A DNA stretch of 64,000 nt from an uncultured Wenzhouxiangella sp. (GCA_913057255.1 CAJXNU010000001.1:5974-69973), one strand, 5' to 3'. Positions 17,558 to 29,374 are shown, numbered from the stretch's first letter. A program made the numbers and translations. The notes: generated from the sequence alone by a model not told the origin.

Positions 17558-18957
17558 GCCGGTGCCCGCCATCGGCTGGCCGATGAGATGCCACGGTCGA
17601 CATTGACTCCGAGCCCAATGCCAATGCTTAGTACCATCAGGCCCAAACAAAACACAATGGCATTTTGCAATCCAAAGACGCTTTGTAAGAAGCCCAGACC
17701 CAGAATTCCCAGGATGGCTGCGGCCTTTGAGACCGTGCCCCAGTAACCAAAAAACTCAGCCGCTTTGGAGCGCGGTGTCATCGCGCCGACCAGGGCGCGC
17801 CCCGCCGACTGAGACGCGCCTAAGCTAAGGCCTGCCAGCAGGCCAGCAAATAAAAACACATACTGCGCCTCGATGGTGAGTCCAAAGAGGGCATTGAGCA
17901 GGTCAGTGAGGGCAGGGGTCTGCCAAATGGCGGCGATGGCCAATAGCCACAAGATGAGCGTGATGAGATAGGTCCGTTTAGCGCCCCACGGCCCATGGGC
18001 CCAGCCTAAGAAGAAGGCGCCCAAGGTGGCAGAGAGTTGGACAGTGACAAACATGATCACACGAACCGACTCATCCCATCCGATGACTTGTGCCCCATAA
18101 ATAAACGCAAAACTGATCACAATGTAGAGCCCGGCCATCATAAAAAAGATCGAACCCATGAGGCGTTTTAGGTCATCAAAATCCCGAAGCGCTTGATGGG
18201 TTTGTCGTATTCTCTGCCAGCCCAGCTGAAGATAGCTCTGGCCGCTGGCTTTGGGACGAATGCGGCTTCTGTCTTTGACATACAAAAAGGTAGGGAGTGC
18301 CGCAAGCAAGAAAAAAGCAGCCGCGAAGGGCCCAACCCAGCGAATGCGTTCAAAGTTGGCTTCGCTGACCTCGCCTAGAAACAGGAGGGCAAAAATGGTG
18401 GCCACCAAACCACCCACATACCCCAACCCCCAACCAAACCCCGAAATCCAACCCAAGTCCTCTCGCGGGCCAAGCCCGGGAAGGAAGCTTGCGACAAACG
18501 ACTCACCCATGGCATAAAAATAGTTTGAGGCAATGATCAAGACCATCCCCCAAACAATCCAGCCAGGTTCAATCAACCACAGGCAGGCAGTGGTCACCAC
18601 GCATGCGATATAGCTTGCGAACAAAAAGGTTTTTCTCAAGCGGGTGGTGTCCATCACGGCGCCTGCCATCGGGTTGGTGAGAACAACGAGGGCATAACTG
18701 GCGGCCAGTGCAATCGACCACAATAAATTCCCATGGCGATATTGATCGATTTGGCCGACGTCGGGCCCAACAATCAGGCGGGTGAATACATCGCCAAAGA
18801 TTACCGTGATAATCAGTAGCGTGTAGGCTTGGTTGGCGAAGTCAAACATCGCCCAACTGAAGATCTCTTTTGTTGGTGCGCGTTTGCGGGTGACCAATGG
18901 GCTATCCAGTATCAAGGGGCTAGGCAGAGCATAGCCTCCAGTCCGGAGAAAAGACAA
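17554..18957 (-). CDS. MFS transporter (UMF1/Atg22-like); true start probably TTG 18897
   Basis: SWAMFDFANQAY, ISGFGWGLGYVGG, GASQSAGRALV, AEFFGY; about 12 TM segments. Confidence 0.85.
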   Translation of the reverse strand: MSFLRTGGYALPSPLILDSPLVTRKRAPTKEIFSWAMFDFANQAYTLLIITVIFGDVFTRLIVGPDVGQIDQYRHGNLLWSIALAASYALVVLTNPMAGAVMDTTRLRKTFLFASYIACVVTTACLWLIEPGWIVWGMVLIIASNYFYAMGESFVASFLPGLGPREDLGWISGFGWGLGYVGGLVATIFALLFLGEVSEANFERIRWVGPFAAAFFLLAALPTFLYVKDRSRIRPKASGQSYLQLGWQRIRQTHQALRDFDDLKRLMGSIFFMMAGLYIVISFAFIYGAQVIGWDESVRVIMFVTVQLSATLGAFFLGWAHGPWGAKRTYLITLILWLLAIAAIWQTPALTDLLNALFGLTIEAQYVFLFAGLLAGLSLGASQSAGRALVGAMTPRSKAAEFFGYWGTVSKAAAILGILGLGFLQSVFGLQNAIVFCLGLMVLSIGIGLGVNVDRGISSASRWRAPA

Positions 18958-19302
18958 GTGACGGCATTAGATTTAGATCAATTCAAAGAACGCATCCAGT
19001 TGATATTGAGGGAGTTAGAGAGCCTCGCAGTCAGTAGCCAGGAGGCCGCGCGACCGGTGGAGCTTGATCAAACACGGCAGGGCCGTCTGAGTCGGATGGA
19101 TGCGATGCAAAGCCAAGCCATGGCCAAGGTCGGTGAAGCGCGGCGACAGGTCCAAGTCAACGAGCTAAAAAAAGCGCTGACTCGCATCGAGCAAGGTGAT
19201 TTTGGTACTTGCGGCACCTGCGGAGAGGACATTTCCGTGGCTCGGCTGACTGCCGACCCCGCGGTGCTGACCTGCATTGATTGCGCGCAGGCACTGGAAT
19301 GA
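18958..19302 (+). CDS. TraR/DksA family C4 zinc-finger protein; start probably GTG 18958
   Basis: Coiled coil followed by AL.RI..GDFGTCGTCGEDI...RL.ADP....CIDC. Confidence 0.85.
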   Translation: MTALDLDQFKERIQLILRELESLAVSSQEAARPVELDQTRQGRLSRMDAMQSQAMAKVGEARRQVQVNELKKALTRIEQGDFGTCGTCGEDISVARLTADPAVLTCIDCAQALE

Positions 19303-19422
19303 GGTCAGTCGATCGCCACGATCGCCAAAATCCACAATCCACAATCGCCGCTGAGTGAGCCAATTGGGTGTCATTCATGGCACACTGTGCACTATCTATC
19401 CAATCGATAAGGAGAGCATCCA

Positions 19423-20265
19423 ATGTCATCGTCTGACATTCGAGCCAATCAAGTGGTCATGATCACCGGTGCTGGGGCTGGGTTGGGTGAGGCAATGGCG
19501 CGTCGCTTTCATCGAGCCGGTGCTGAGATCATCGCCTGCGATGTGGCCGAAGACCGGATTCAAGCCTTGGCAGACTCGCTTGGTTCACGGGTGATGCCGC
19601 TGGTGATGGATGTGACCTCTGAGGCCGATTGGGCCGGGGCCATCCAACAATCCATGGAGCGCTTAGGTCGAGTGGATGTCTTGATCAACAACGCCGGCGT
19701 CGCAGCGGCTGGTCGCCTAGAGGATACCTCATTGGAGGATTGGCGCTGGGTGATGGAGATCGACTTATTCGGGGTGATGTTGGGTTGCCAGGCCATACTG
19801 CCCACTTTCCGCCAGCAAGGCAGTGGACACATCATCAACGTGGCCTCGATGGCAGGCTTGGCAGGGGCACCCGAGATCAATGCCTATGGCACGGCCAAAG
19901 CGGGCGTGATTGCCATGTCTGAGATGCTTCGGGCTGAGGTCACCTCGGCTGGAATTGAAGTCTCAGCACTTTGTCCTGCATTTGTTAAAACGCGTCTAAC
20001 CGAGACGATGCGCGCCAATCACGATGGATATGAAAAACGCGTCAAGCGGTGGATGGAAACATCTGGCGTGAGCGCCGATGATGTGGCCGAAGTGGTTTAT
20101 CAAGCGGTGCTCAAGCCAAAGTTTCTATTGCTCACACATCCGCAAACGAAATGGTTGTGGCGATTGAAACGCTGGGCGCCTGAGCTCTACTTCAAGTTTT
20201 TGATGCGTGGCATTAAAAAAGCTCAGCGCCGAGTCAAAGAGGCAGCCAGCAGTCAAGTCAATTGA
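19423..20265 (+). CDS. Short-chain dehydrogenase/reductase
   Basis: TGAGAGLG, NNAG, S..YGTAK catalytic motif. Confidence 0.9.
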   Translation: MSSSDIRANQVVMITGAGAGLGEAMARRFHRAGAEIIACDVAEDRIQALADSLGSRVMPLVMDVTSEADWAGAIQQSMERLGRVDVLINNAGVAAAGRLEDTSLEDWRWVMEIDLFGVMLGCQAILPTFRQQGSGHIINVASMAGLAGAPEINAYGTAKAGVIAMSEMLRAEVTSAGIEVSALCPAFVKTRLTETMRANHDGYEKRVKRWMETSGVSADDVAEVVYQAVLKPKFLLLTHPQTKWLWRLKRWAPELYFKFLMRGIKKAQRRVKEAASSQVN

Positions 20266-20324
20266 GATCGATCGGCATGTTAGAAAAAGGAAATGCCAGT
20301 CAATGAATGCGAGAGAGGGTAGCA

Positions 20325-21194
20325 ATGTCTAGTGCATTAAAAGAGGTCATTGATCTGTTAGAGCTGGATCTCATCGATGACCTGCTGTTCCAAGGACCCA
20401 GCCACGACATTGGCTCGACCCGCGTCTTTGGTGGGCAGATTGTGGGACAGGCCTTGGCGGCGGCACAAAAAACGGTCTCTGAAGATCACCTAGCGCATTC
20501 GCTGCACGCTTACTTTTTAAGAGCGGGTGATGTGGACCGACCCGTGGTCTACCAAGTAGAAAGGGCTCGGGATGGACAAAGTTATGCCAATCGACGCATC
20601 GTGGCACTGCAGCGGGGTCGCCCCATATTGAACATGGCCGCCTCTTTCCACCTGCACGAAGAGGGTCAATCCCATCAGGTGAGCGCACCCGAGGTTCCAG
20701 GCCCAGAGGGTCTCACCGATACCTTTGATCTGCACCAGTCAGTGGCCGATAAGGTGCCAGAGAAGATGCAGCGCTTACTGGCGCATCGAAGACCCTTTGA
20801 ATTTCGGCCGGTGGAGAGACCTAAGTTCATGGATCCATCGGCGCGTGAGCCGGTCAAACATATCTGGATGCGTGCGTGGGAATCGCTCCCCGATGATCCC
20901 AAGCTCCACCAAAGTTTGTTGGCCTATGTCTCAGACTATGAGCTCTTAGGAACAGCGACTCTGCCTCATGAGCTGGATTTCATTCAGCGGACAGTGCAAT
21001 TGGCGAGTCTAGATCACGCCATTTGGTTTCACCGCCCCTTTCGCGTCGATGAATGGTTGCTGTATGCCTGTGATAGCCCCACCAGTGCGGGTGGACGCGG
21101 GTTTGTTCGAGGTCAAATCTTTGATCAGCAAGGCGTGTTGGTGGCATCGGTGGCACAAGAAGGCGTGATGCGTCCCTGGCGCGGCCAAAAATAA
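20325..21194 (+). CDS. tesB: Acyl-CoA thioesterase II; start probably ATG 20325
   Basis: RVFGGQIVGQAL, HSLHAYFLRAGD, ASLDHAIWFHRPF, SVAQEG. Confidence 0.93.
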   Translation: MSSALKEVIDLLELDLIDDLLFQGPSHDIGSTRVFGGQIVGQALAAAQKTVSEDHLAHSLHAYFLRAGDVDRPVVYQVERARDGQSYANRRIVALQRGRPILNMAASFHLHEEGQSHQVSAPEVPGPEGLTDTFDLHQSVADKVPEKMQRLLAHRRPFEFRPVERPKFMDPSAREPVKHIWMRAWESLPDDPKLHQSLLAYVSDYELLGTATLPHELDFIQRTVQLASLDHAIWFHRPFRVDEWLLYACDSPTSAGGRGFVRGQIFDQQGVLVASVAQEGVMRPWRGQK

Positions 21195-21219
21195 AAACCA
21201 TCCATCACAGTCCGCTCGC

Positions 21220-24200
21220 TCAGTGGCTTTGTCTAAGCAGCATGGCCAACCGCTGGTCTTCAGAGGCAATCGATTGAGCAATGATGTGGATGCTCCCATC
21301 TCTGTGTTGTAACTGCCCGCGGACTCTCAAGATTTGGCTTTGCAATAAAGCCTCTCGGTCACGTAGGGCAATCTTTGGCCAGACAATGACATTGATCAAG
21401 CCTGTTTCATCTTCTAAGGAGACAAAGATCACGCCTGAGGCGGTGCCTGGCCGTTGTCGATGGGTCACCAAGCCCATGACTTCAATGGTTTGATGAGGCG
21501 AGTTGGGCAAAGAGGACAATTGATCGGCACTTTTGAGATGGCGTGTACCAAAGGGTCGGAGATATTCAATGGGGTGTTGTGAGAGGCTATAGCCCAAAGT
21601 GGCATAGTCTTCTAGCAACAACTGGCTGGCTGGGGTTTTTTTGAGCTGAGCTTTAGATTCTTTAATGGGTGCATGAGCCAGCAGGTCACCCTGAACGTGA
21701 CTGGCTAGGGCTTGCCAATGGGCTTCTCGGCGGTCTGGGGTCAATCCGGACAAAGCGCCCGACTGCGTTAGGCATTTCAGCTCATGGCGTGGTAATGCCA
21801 CGCGCTGGGTGAGATCGTCTATCGACATAAATCGCTGCTGCTCGCGAGCAGCCAAACAGCGGATGATGGTTTTTTGGGACAAGCCTTTGACTTGATTAAA
21901 GCCTAGGCGAATGTGTGGCGTGTTGTGTCCTCCAATAAACCACTGGGTATCCCAAAGGCTTTCATGTATATCCACTGGCAAAATCACCACCCCATGGCGC
22001 TTGGCATCTTGAATCAGTTGAGCGGGCGCATAAAAACCCATGGGCTGTGAGTTCAATAGGGCAGTCGTGAAGGCAGCGGGATGATGACATTTAAGCCAAG
22101 CTGAGAAGTAGGTCAGTATGGCAAAACTCGCCGCATGTGACTCTGGGAATCCATAATCCCCGAATCCTTCAATCTGCCCATAAATTTTCTCAGCAAAGGC
22201 TTTTGAATATCCATTATTGAGCATGCCCGTGATCAACGACTCGCGAAAAGGGGCCAAGCCCCCTCGACGTTTCCAAGCGGCCATCGCACGACGCAGCTGA
22301 TCGGCCTGGCCGGGTGTGAAATCCGCAGCCACCATGGCAATTTGCATCACCTGCTCTTGGAAGATGGGCACGCCGAGCGTTCGTTTTAATACATTGGCAA
22401 GCTTCGGGTCGGTGTCATTGATCTGCGTTGGGTCTTGCCGCCTTTTTAAATAAGGATGAACCATGTCACCTTGAATTGGGCCAGGTCTAACCAAAGCGAT
22501 CTCAACCACCAGATCATAAAAACACCGCGGTTTGAGGCGCGGCAACATCGCCATCTGCGCCCGTGATTCGACTTGAAAGACCCCCACGGCATCGGCTTTG
22601 CACAACATGTCATAAGTGGCCGGGTCTTCTTTGGGGATATCCGCTAAGCACATTGATGGATCAAGGCTATGGAGGGCTTTGCGAAGGACCGTTAGCATGC
22701 CCAAAGCCAGGCAATCCACTTTTAATAACCCCAATGTTTCTAGATCATCCTTGTCCCATTGAATGATGGTGCGGTCTTTCATGGCTGCATTTTCAACCGG
22801 CACCAGTTCATATAGGGGTTGGTCTGAAATGACCATGCCGCCGACATGCTGCGATAAATGCCTCGGCAGTCCGATGAGTTGTTTGGTTAACTCAAGCAAC
22901 CATTGTGCTCTTGAGTCATTGGGATCGATGCCAGCAGCTAGGAGTCGCTCAGACCACTGCTCGGGCGTGTCCCACCAAGCCAGCGAACGAGTCAGTGCAT
23001 GGCAGGTCTCTGCTTCAAACCCCAACGCACGGCCAACATCTTTGAGTGCGCTTTTGGGTCGATAGCTGATGACGGTGGCGGCCAAAGCGGCGCGTTCGCG
23101 GCCGTATTTCTGATAGATGTATTGCAGCACCTCTTCACGGCGTTCGTGTTCAAAGTCCACATCAATGTCCGGTGGCTCGTTGCGCTCTTTGGATAAGAAC
23201 CGCTCAAACAAAAGCGATTGTTTGGCTGGATCAACTTCGGTGATCTGTAGGCAATAACACACCGCTGAATTGGCGGCAGACCCTCGGCCTTGACACAAAA
23301 TACCCCGAGCTTTGGCAAACGAAACCAAGTCATGGACAGTCAAGAAAAAGGCCTCCACTTGCATTTGTTCAATCAATGCCAGCTCATGAGCCACCAATCG
23401 CCTGACCGATTCAGGAATGTCGGTGCCATAGCGCTGGATCAATCCACGCTCAGTCAGCGCTTTTAAATGTTCACTGGCGCTGCGGTGTGCGGGCACCAAT
23501 TCTTTGGGGTAGCGATAGGAAAGCTGGCGCATCGAGAACCGACACTGATTGGCGATCTGGATGGTTTCATCTAGCCAGGCACGAGGGTAGAGTTTTTCTA
23601 AGGTGGTCAGGGGGCGTAAATGCTTTTCTGCATTGGCCTCTAACATCAGTCCACATTCATCGATGGTGCAGTGGTGTTTAAGCGCGCACATCACATCCAA
23701 TAAGGGCTTTTGATCACGCGAGACCATGCGCACATCGCCACAGGCCACGATGGGTAAGCCCTGTCTCTGGCCAAGCCAATCGAGAGTAGCAAACCAACCG
23801 GCGTCGGTTGGTTGCAATAGCCGTGTGGCACCCAGCCACAGTCGGTCTTGGAAATGTACTTGTAACCAGTCAGCCAGGATGACTAAGTGGTCTTTGGGTA
23901 GGTCATAAGATGGCTTCCAGATCACCAGCAGAGCAGATAAGTCACCTGCTAAGTCGGCCAGTGTCACTCGGTAATCACCTTTGTCTGCTCGTCGTCTGGC
24001 CTGTGTGATGAGCTGGCACAGTTGGGCATAGGCTGCTTGGTTGGGGGCCAAAAACACCAAATCCAATGGGGCCGGCAGTGCCTCATCTTGACAATGGCAG
24101 GTGCTGCCAATGATTAAATGCAGCCCAACCTCCTCGGCCGCTTCATGGGCCCTGACCACGCCAGCCAGACTCATCTCATCGGTGATGGCCAAGGCTTGAT

Positions 24201-24306
24201 AGCCCAGCGCATGGGCCTGATGGACCAAGGCTTGAGGCTCGGCCACTGAGTCTCGGAAGCTAAAAGCGCTTCGTGCTTGGAGTTCTGCGTAGGCGGGTAA
24301 AGGCAT
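21220..24306 (-). CDS. dnaE2: Error-prone DNA polymerase III alpha homolog (DnaE2/ImuC)
   Basis: YAEL..SAFSF PHP start, QGRGSAANSAVCY, PPDIDVDFEHERREEV, LGLLKVDCLALGML, GFPESHAASFA, RQRPGTASGV OB fold. Confidence 0.93.
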   Translation of the reverse strand: MPLPAYAELQARSAFSFRDSVAEPQALVHQAHALGYQALAITDEMSLAGVVRAHEAAEEVGLHLIIGSTCHCQDEALPAPLDLVFLAPNQAAYAQLCQLITQARRRADKGDYRVTLADLAGDLSALLVIWKPSYDLPKDHLVILADWLQVHFQDRLWLGATRLLQPTDAGWFATLDWLGQRQGLPIVACGDVRMVSRDQKPLLDVMCALKHHCTIDECGLMLEANAEKHLRPLTTLEKLYPRAWLDETIQIANQCRFSMRQLSYRYPKELVPAHRSASEHLKALTERGLIQRYGTDIPESVRRLVAHELALIEQMQVEAFFLTVHDLVSFAKARGILCQGRGSAANSAVCYCLQITEVDPAKQSLLFERFLSKERNEPPDIDVDFEHERREEVLQYIYQKYGRERAALAATVISYRPKSALKDVGRALGFEAETCHALTRSLAWWDTPEQWSERLLAAGIDPNDSRAQWLLELTKQLIGLPRHLSQHVGGMVISDQPLYELVPVENAAMKDRTIIQWDKDDLETLGLLKVDCLALGMLTVLRKALHSLDPSMCLADIPKEDPATYDMLCKADAVGVFQVESRAQMAMLPRLKPRCFYDLVVEIALVRPGPIQGDMVHPYLKRRQDPTQINDTDPKLANVLKRTLGVPIFQEQVMQIAMVAADFTPGQADQLRRAMAAWKRRGGLAPFRESLITGMLNNGYSKAFAEKIYGQIEGFGDYGFPESHAASFAILTYFSAWLKCHHPAAFTTALLNSQPMGFYAPAQLIQDAKRHGVVILPVDIHESLWDTQWFIGGHNTPHIRLGFNQVKGLSQKTIIRCLAAREQQRFMSIDDLTQRVALPRHELKCLTQSGALSGLTPDRREAHWQALASHVQGDLLAHAPIKESKAQLKKTPASQLLLEDYATLGYSLSQHPIEYLRPFGTRHLKSADQLSSLPNSPHQTIEVMGLVTHRQRPGTASGVIFVSLEDETGLINVIVWPKIALRDREALLQSQILRVRGQLQHRDGSIHIIAQSIASEDQRLAMLLRQSH

Positions 24307-24341
24307 ACTATAATTTTATATAGTCTTAGGCGCATCGGCAA
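24307..24341 (-). promoter_or_regulatory. Predicted leaderless sigma70 promoter of dnaE2, overlapped by a palindrome
   Basis: Minus strand TTGCCG-17-TAAAAT-6-ATG; palindrome A-CTAT-N8-ATAG-T at 24307-24324. Confidence 0.6.
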
Positions 24342-24384
24342 TGGCCGATCCGTACCGGTCTGATCTAAGGAATTGATCAAAACC

Positions 24385-24413
24385 CTTGAGATTGACCGTC
24401 ATCAGCCTCATAT
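24385..24413 (+). promoter_or_regulatory. sigma32-like promoter upstream of the DnaJ/CbpA gene
   Basis: CTTGAGA-14-CCTCATAT versus consensus CTTGAA-N13-15-CCCCATnT. Confidence 0.6.
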
Positions 24414-24440
24414 TGGTGAATCTTGAAGGAGGCTTTGGGC

Positions 24441-25361
24441 GTGACAGAATTCAAGGATTACTACAGCATCTTGGGTGTGGCAGAAGACGCCAGTCAAGAT
24501 GACATCAAAAAAGCCTACCGCCGTTTGGCGCGCAAATATCATCCAGATGTCAGCGAAGAGAGCGATGCCGAAGCACACTTTAAAGAGATCGGTGAGGCCT
24601 ATGAGGCCCTGAAAGACCCAGCCAAACGCCGCCAATACGATGAGCTTCGCCGGTCTGGCTGGCGGCCAGGTGATCAGTTCCAACCCCCGCCGGGCTGGTC
24701 GGGCGACATGGGCGGTGGCTTTGATGGTGCCGGCGTCTCTGGCTTTGGGGATTTTTTTGACATGTTATTTGGTGGGCTTGGCGGGCAGCGTGGCCATCAA
24801 GCCCGAGGCGCTTATCAACAAGGTGCGCCGTTTGCTCAAGCTGGGCGGGATTTACAAGCCAAAGTGACCGTGGACTTGGAGACGGTCTTTCGAGGGGGAA
24901 GCGAGCGCATTGCCGTTGGTGGCAAAACCTTAAACGTCAAAATTCCAGCTGGTGTGGGTGATGGCCAACGCATTCGTTTGTCGGGGCAGGGCGAGCCTGG
25001 CACGGGCGGTGGGCCCGCTGGCCATTTGTATTTGGATATCTCCATAAAGCCCCATCCGCGTTTTAAACTCGATGGGCGCAATGTCTTAATCGAGTGTCCC
25101 ATCACGCCTTCTGAAGCCGCTTTGGGGGCAGAGCTTGAAGTGCCCACCCCCAAAGGCAATGTCTCGATCAAGATCCCGCCGAGTTCCTCGAGTCATCAGC
25201 GCCTGCGACTCAAAGGCCGTGGCTTGCCGGCCCATGGCCAACATCCCCTCGGTGATGCCTTTGTTGTTTTGCGCATTAAGCTGCCACCCAATTTGAGTGC
25301 TGAGGAAAAAAGTCACTACGAGGCGCTGGCTACTCTGTCCGATTTCAATCCGCGCGCCTGA
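24441..25361 (+). CDS. cbpA: Class II J-domain protein (CbpA-like); start GTG 24441 after AAGGAGG
   Basis: J domain KDYYSILG...YHPD, G/F-rich linker, no zinc finger, DnaJ C-terminal domain. Confidence 0.8.
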   Translation: MTEFKDYYSILGVAEDASQDDIKKAYRRLARKYHPDVSEESDAEAHFKEIGEAYEALKDPAKRRQYDELRRSGWRPGDQFQPPPGWSGDMGGGFDGAGVSGFGDFFDMLFGGLGGQRGHQARGAYQQGAPFAQAGRDLQAKVTVDLETVFRGGSERIAVGGKTLNVKIPAGVGDGQRIRLSGQGEPGTGGGPAGHLYLDISIKPHPRFKLDGRNVLIECPITPSEAALGAELEVPTPKGNVSIKIPPSSSSHQRLRLKGRGLPAHGQHPLGDAFVVLRIKLPPNLSAEEKSHYEALATLSDFNPRA

Positions 25362-25409
25362 GGCCCCCTCAAGCCCCCAAAACCCTGCATAATAGGTGCT
25401 AGATTCTGA

Positions 25410-27482
<2,073 letters not shown>

Positions 27483-27497
27483 AAAAGATTGCTGCCT

Positions 27498-28892
27498 ATG
27501 AATGCCACAATGCCGATAGAACCCAGCCAATATCCAAATTTGATTGCCGAGTTGCGTGCCACTTTTGACTCGGGTCTCACACGAGATTTGGCTTGGCGCG
27601 ATCAGCAGCTGGCCAGACTCAATGCCCTGCTGGAAGACCATGAAGACCAAATCGCTGAGGCCTTGGGTCATGATTTGGCCAAGCCCAAACAAGAAGTGTT
27701 TCTGGGCGAGTTGGCGCTCCTCTACAGTGAGATCAAATACGCTCGCAAGAACTTAAAGAAATGGGCCAAGCCCCGGCGGGTGAGAACGCCGCTGGCCGGT
27801 CAGCCAGGCAAAAGCTTTGTCGTCCCAGAACCGGCTGGCGTGGTGTTGATCATCGGTGCATGGAACTATCCCATCCAGTTGATTCTAGGTCCGCTGATTC
27901 CGGCCATTGCAGCCGGTAACTGCGCGGTATTAAAGCCCTCTGAGGTGGCAACAAAAACCGCGCATTTGGTGGCGAGCCTCGTGCCTGCTTATCTCGATGA
28001 GCGCGCCTACCGAGTGGTCGAAGGTGCGGTTGAAGAAACCACCGCGCTGTTGGCAGAAAAGTTCGATCATATTTTCTACACCGGTGGTTCAGCAGTCGGA
28101 CGCGTGGTCATGCGGGCTGCCTCTGAGCATTTGACGCCAGTGACTCTGGAGCTGGGTGGTAAAAGCCCCTGTGTGGTCGATGACTCAGCCGATCTGAAAT
28201 CGGCCGCCAGGCGGATCATATGGGGCAAGTGTCTCAACGCTGGCCAGACCTGCATTGCACCCGATTATGTGTTGGTGACACCGAAACAAAAAGCGCCCTT
28301 GATCGAGGCGCTCAAGTCCGAGCTTGATCGCATGTATGGGACAGACCGATTGGCCAGTGCCGATTATTGCAAGATCATCAATGAACGCCACTTCGATCGA
28401 TTGTTGGCTTATGTCGATGAGGGGCAGGTGGCGATTGGTGGGGCGAGCGATCGGTCGATATTGAAGATTGAGCCCACCGTCTTAACTGATCTCAAATCCG
28501 ATGCTGAGTGCATGCGAGAAGAGATCTTTGGTCCGATCTTACCGATGATCGAAGTGGCCAACATCGAGGCCGCGGTTGATCACATCAAAGCCGGAGACAA
28601 ACCCTTGGCTGCCTACTTATTTACCGGCAATGCCAGTCATGAAAAACACTTTTTGGATCACATCTCCACGGGCAATGTGTGCATCAATGATGTCTTGATG
28701 TTTATGTTGGTGCCCGATCTCCCCTTTGGTGGTGTTGGAAACAGTGGGATGGGTCAATACCATGGCCAAGCCGGGTTTGATCAATTGAGCCACCTAAAAG
28801 CCGTGATGCATCGAGGTCGCTTCCCAGAAATCTGGATTCGCTTTGCGCCGTACAGCGACTTTAAAACCCGCTTGTTAAAAATCTTTGGATAA
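27498..28892 (+). CDS. Aldehyde dehydrogenase, family 3 (fatty/aromatic aldehyde type)
   Basis: GAWNYP, LKPSE, FYTGG, LELGGKSP, GQTCIAPDY, EEIFGPILP, PFGGVGNSGMGQYHG. Confidence 0.92.
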   Translation: MNATMPIEPSQYPNLIAELRATFDSGLTRDLAWRDQQLARLNALLEDHEDQIAEALGHDLAKPKQEVFLGELALLYSEIKYARKNLKKWAKPRRVRTPLAGQPGKSFVVPEPAGVVLIIGAWNYPIQLILGPLIPAIAAGNCAVLKPSEVATKTAHLVASLVPAYLDERAYRVVEGAVEETTALLAEKFDHIFYTGGSAVGRVVMRAASEHLTPVTLELGGKSPCVVDDSADLKSAARRIIWGKCLNAGQTCIAPDYVLVTPKQKAPLIEALKSELDRMYGTDRLASADYCKIINERHFDRLLAYVDEGQVAIGGASDRSILKIEPTVLTDLKSDAECMREEIFGPILPMIEVANIEAAVDHIKAGDKPLAAYLFTGNASHEKHFLDHISTGNVCINDVLMFMLVPDLPFGGVGNSGMGQYHGQAGFDQLSHLKAVMHRGRFPEIWIRFAPYSDFKTRLLKIFG

Positions 28893-29362
28893 TGCCAATG
28901 ACACAGTCTGCCTCGATACCGACCACACCGTTCCCGCGGTTTCATTTGGCGCTGCCGGTCACCGATTTAGATGAGACCTTTGCATTCTATCGGGATGTGA
29001 TGGAATGCCCAGTGGGGCGGAGCGACACGCGCTGGGTTGACTTAGACTTTTTTGGGCATCAGTTGGTGCTGCATATGGTCGAACCTGAAGACCATCCAAC
29101 CATGGCGACCAATGAAGTCGACGCGCATGCAGTCCCCGCCGGCCACTTTGGCCCCATCTTAGAGTGGGATGCGTTTCATGCCATGGCCGAGCGGTTTAAA
29201 GCCCATGGCGTTGAGTTTGTGATCGAGCCCTACATTCGTTTCGAGGGCAAACGCGGCGAGCAAGCCACGATGTTTGTGAAAGACCCAAGCAACAACCATT
29301 TGGAGTTCAAGGCATTTAGAGACATCAACATGCTCTTTGCCACTGACCTAGATGCCGACTAA
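28892..29362 (+). CDS. VOC/glyoxalase family protein
   Basis: FHLALPV.DL, FFGHQLV.H, HFG, GEQATMF..DPS.N.LEFKAF. Confidence 0.88.
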   Translation: MPMTQSASIPTTPFPRFHLALPVTDLDETFAFYRDVMECPVGRSDTRWVDLDFFGHQLVLHMVEPEDHPTMATNEVDAHAVPAGHFGPILEWDAFHAMAERFKAHGVEFVIEPYIRFEGKRGEQATMFVKDPSNNHLEFKAFRDINMLFATDLDAD

Positions 29363-29374
29363 GTGCTTTGGTGC

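Noticed and set aside
19327-19344. AATCCAC tandem repeat in the DksA-SDR intergenic region
   Set aside because: Only about 2.5 units, with no further copies or evident function.
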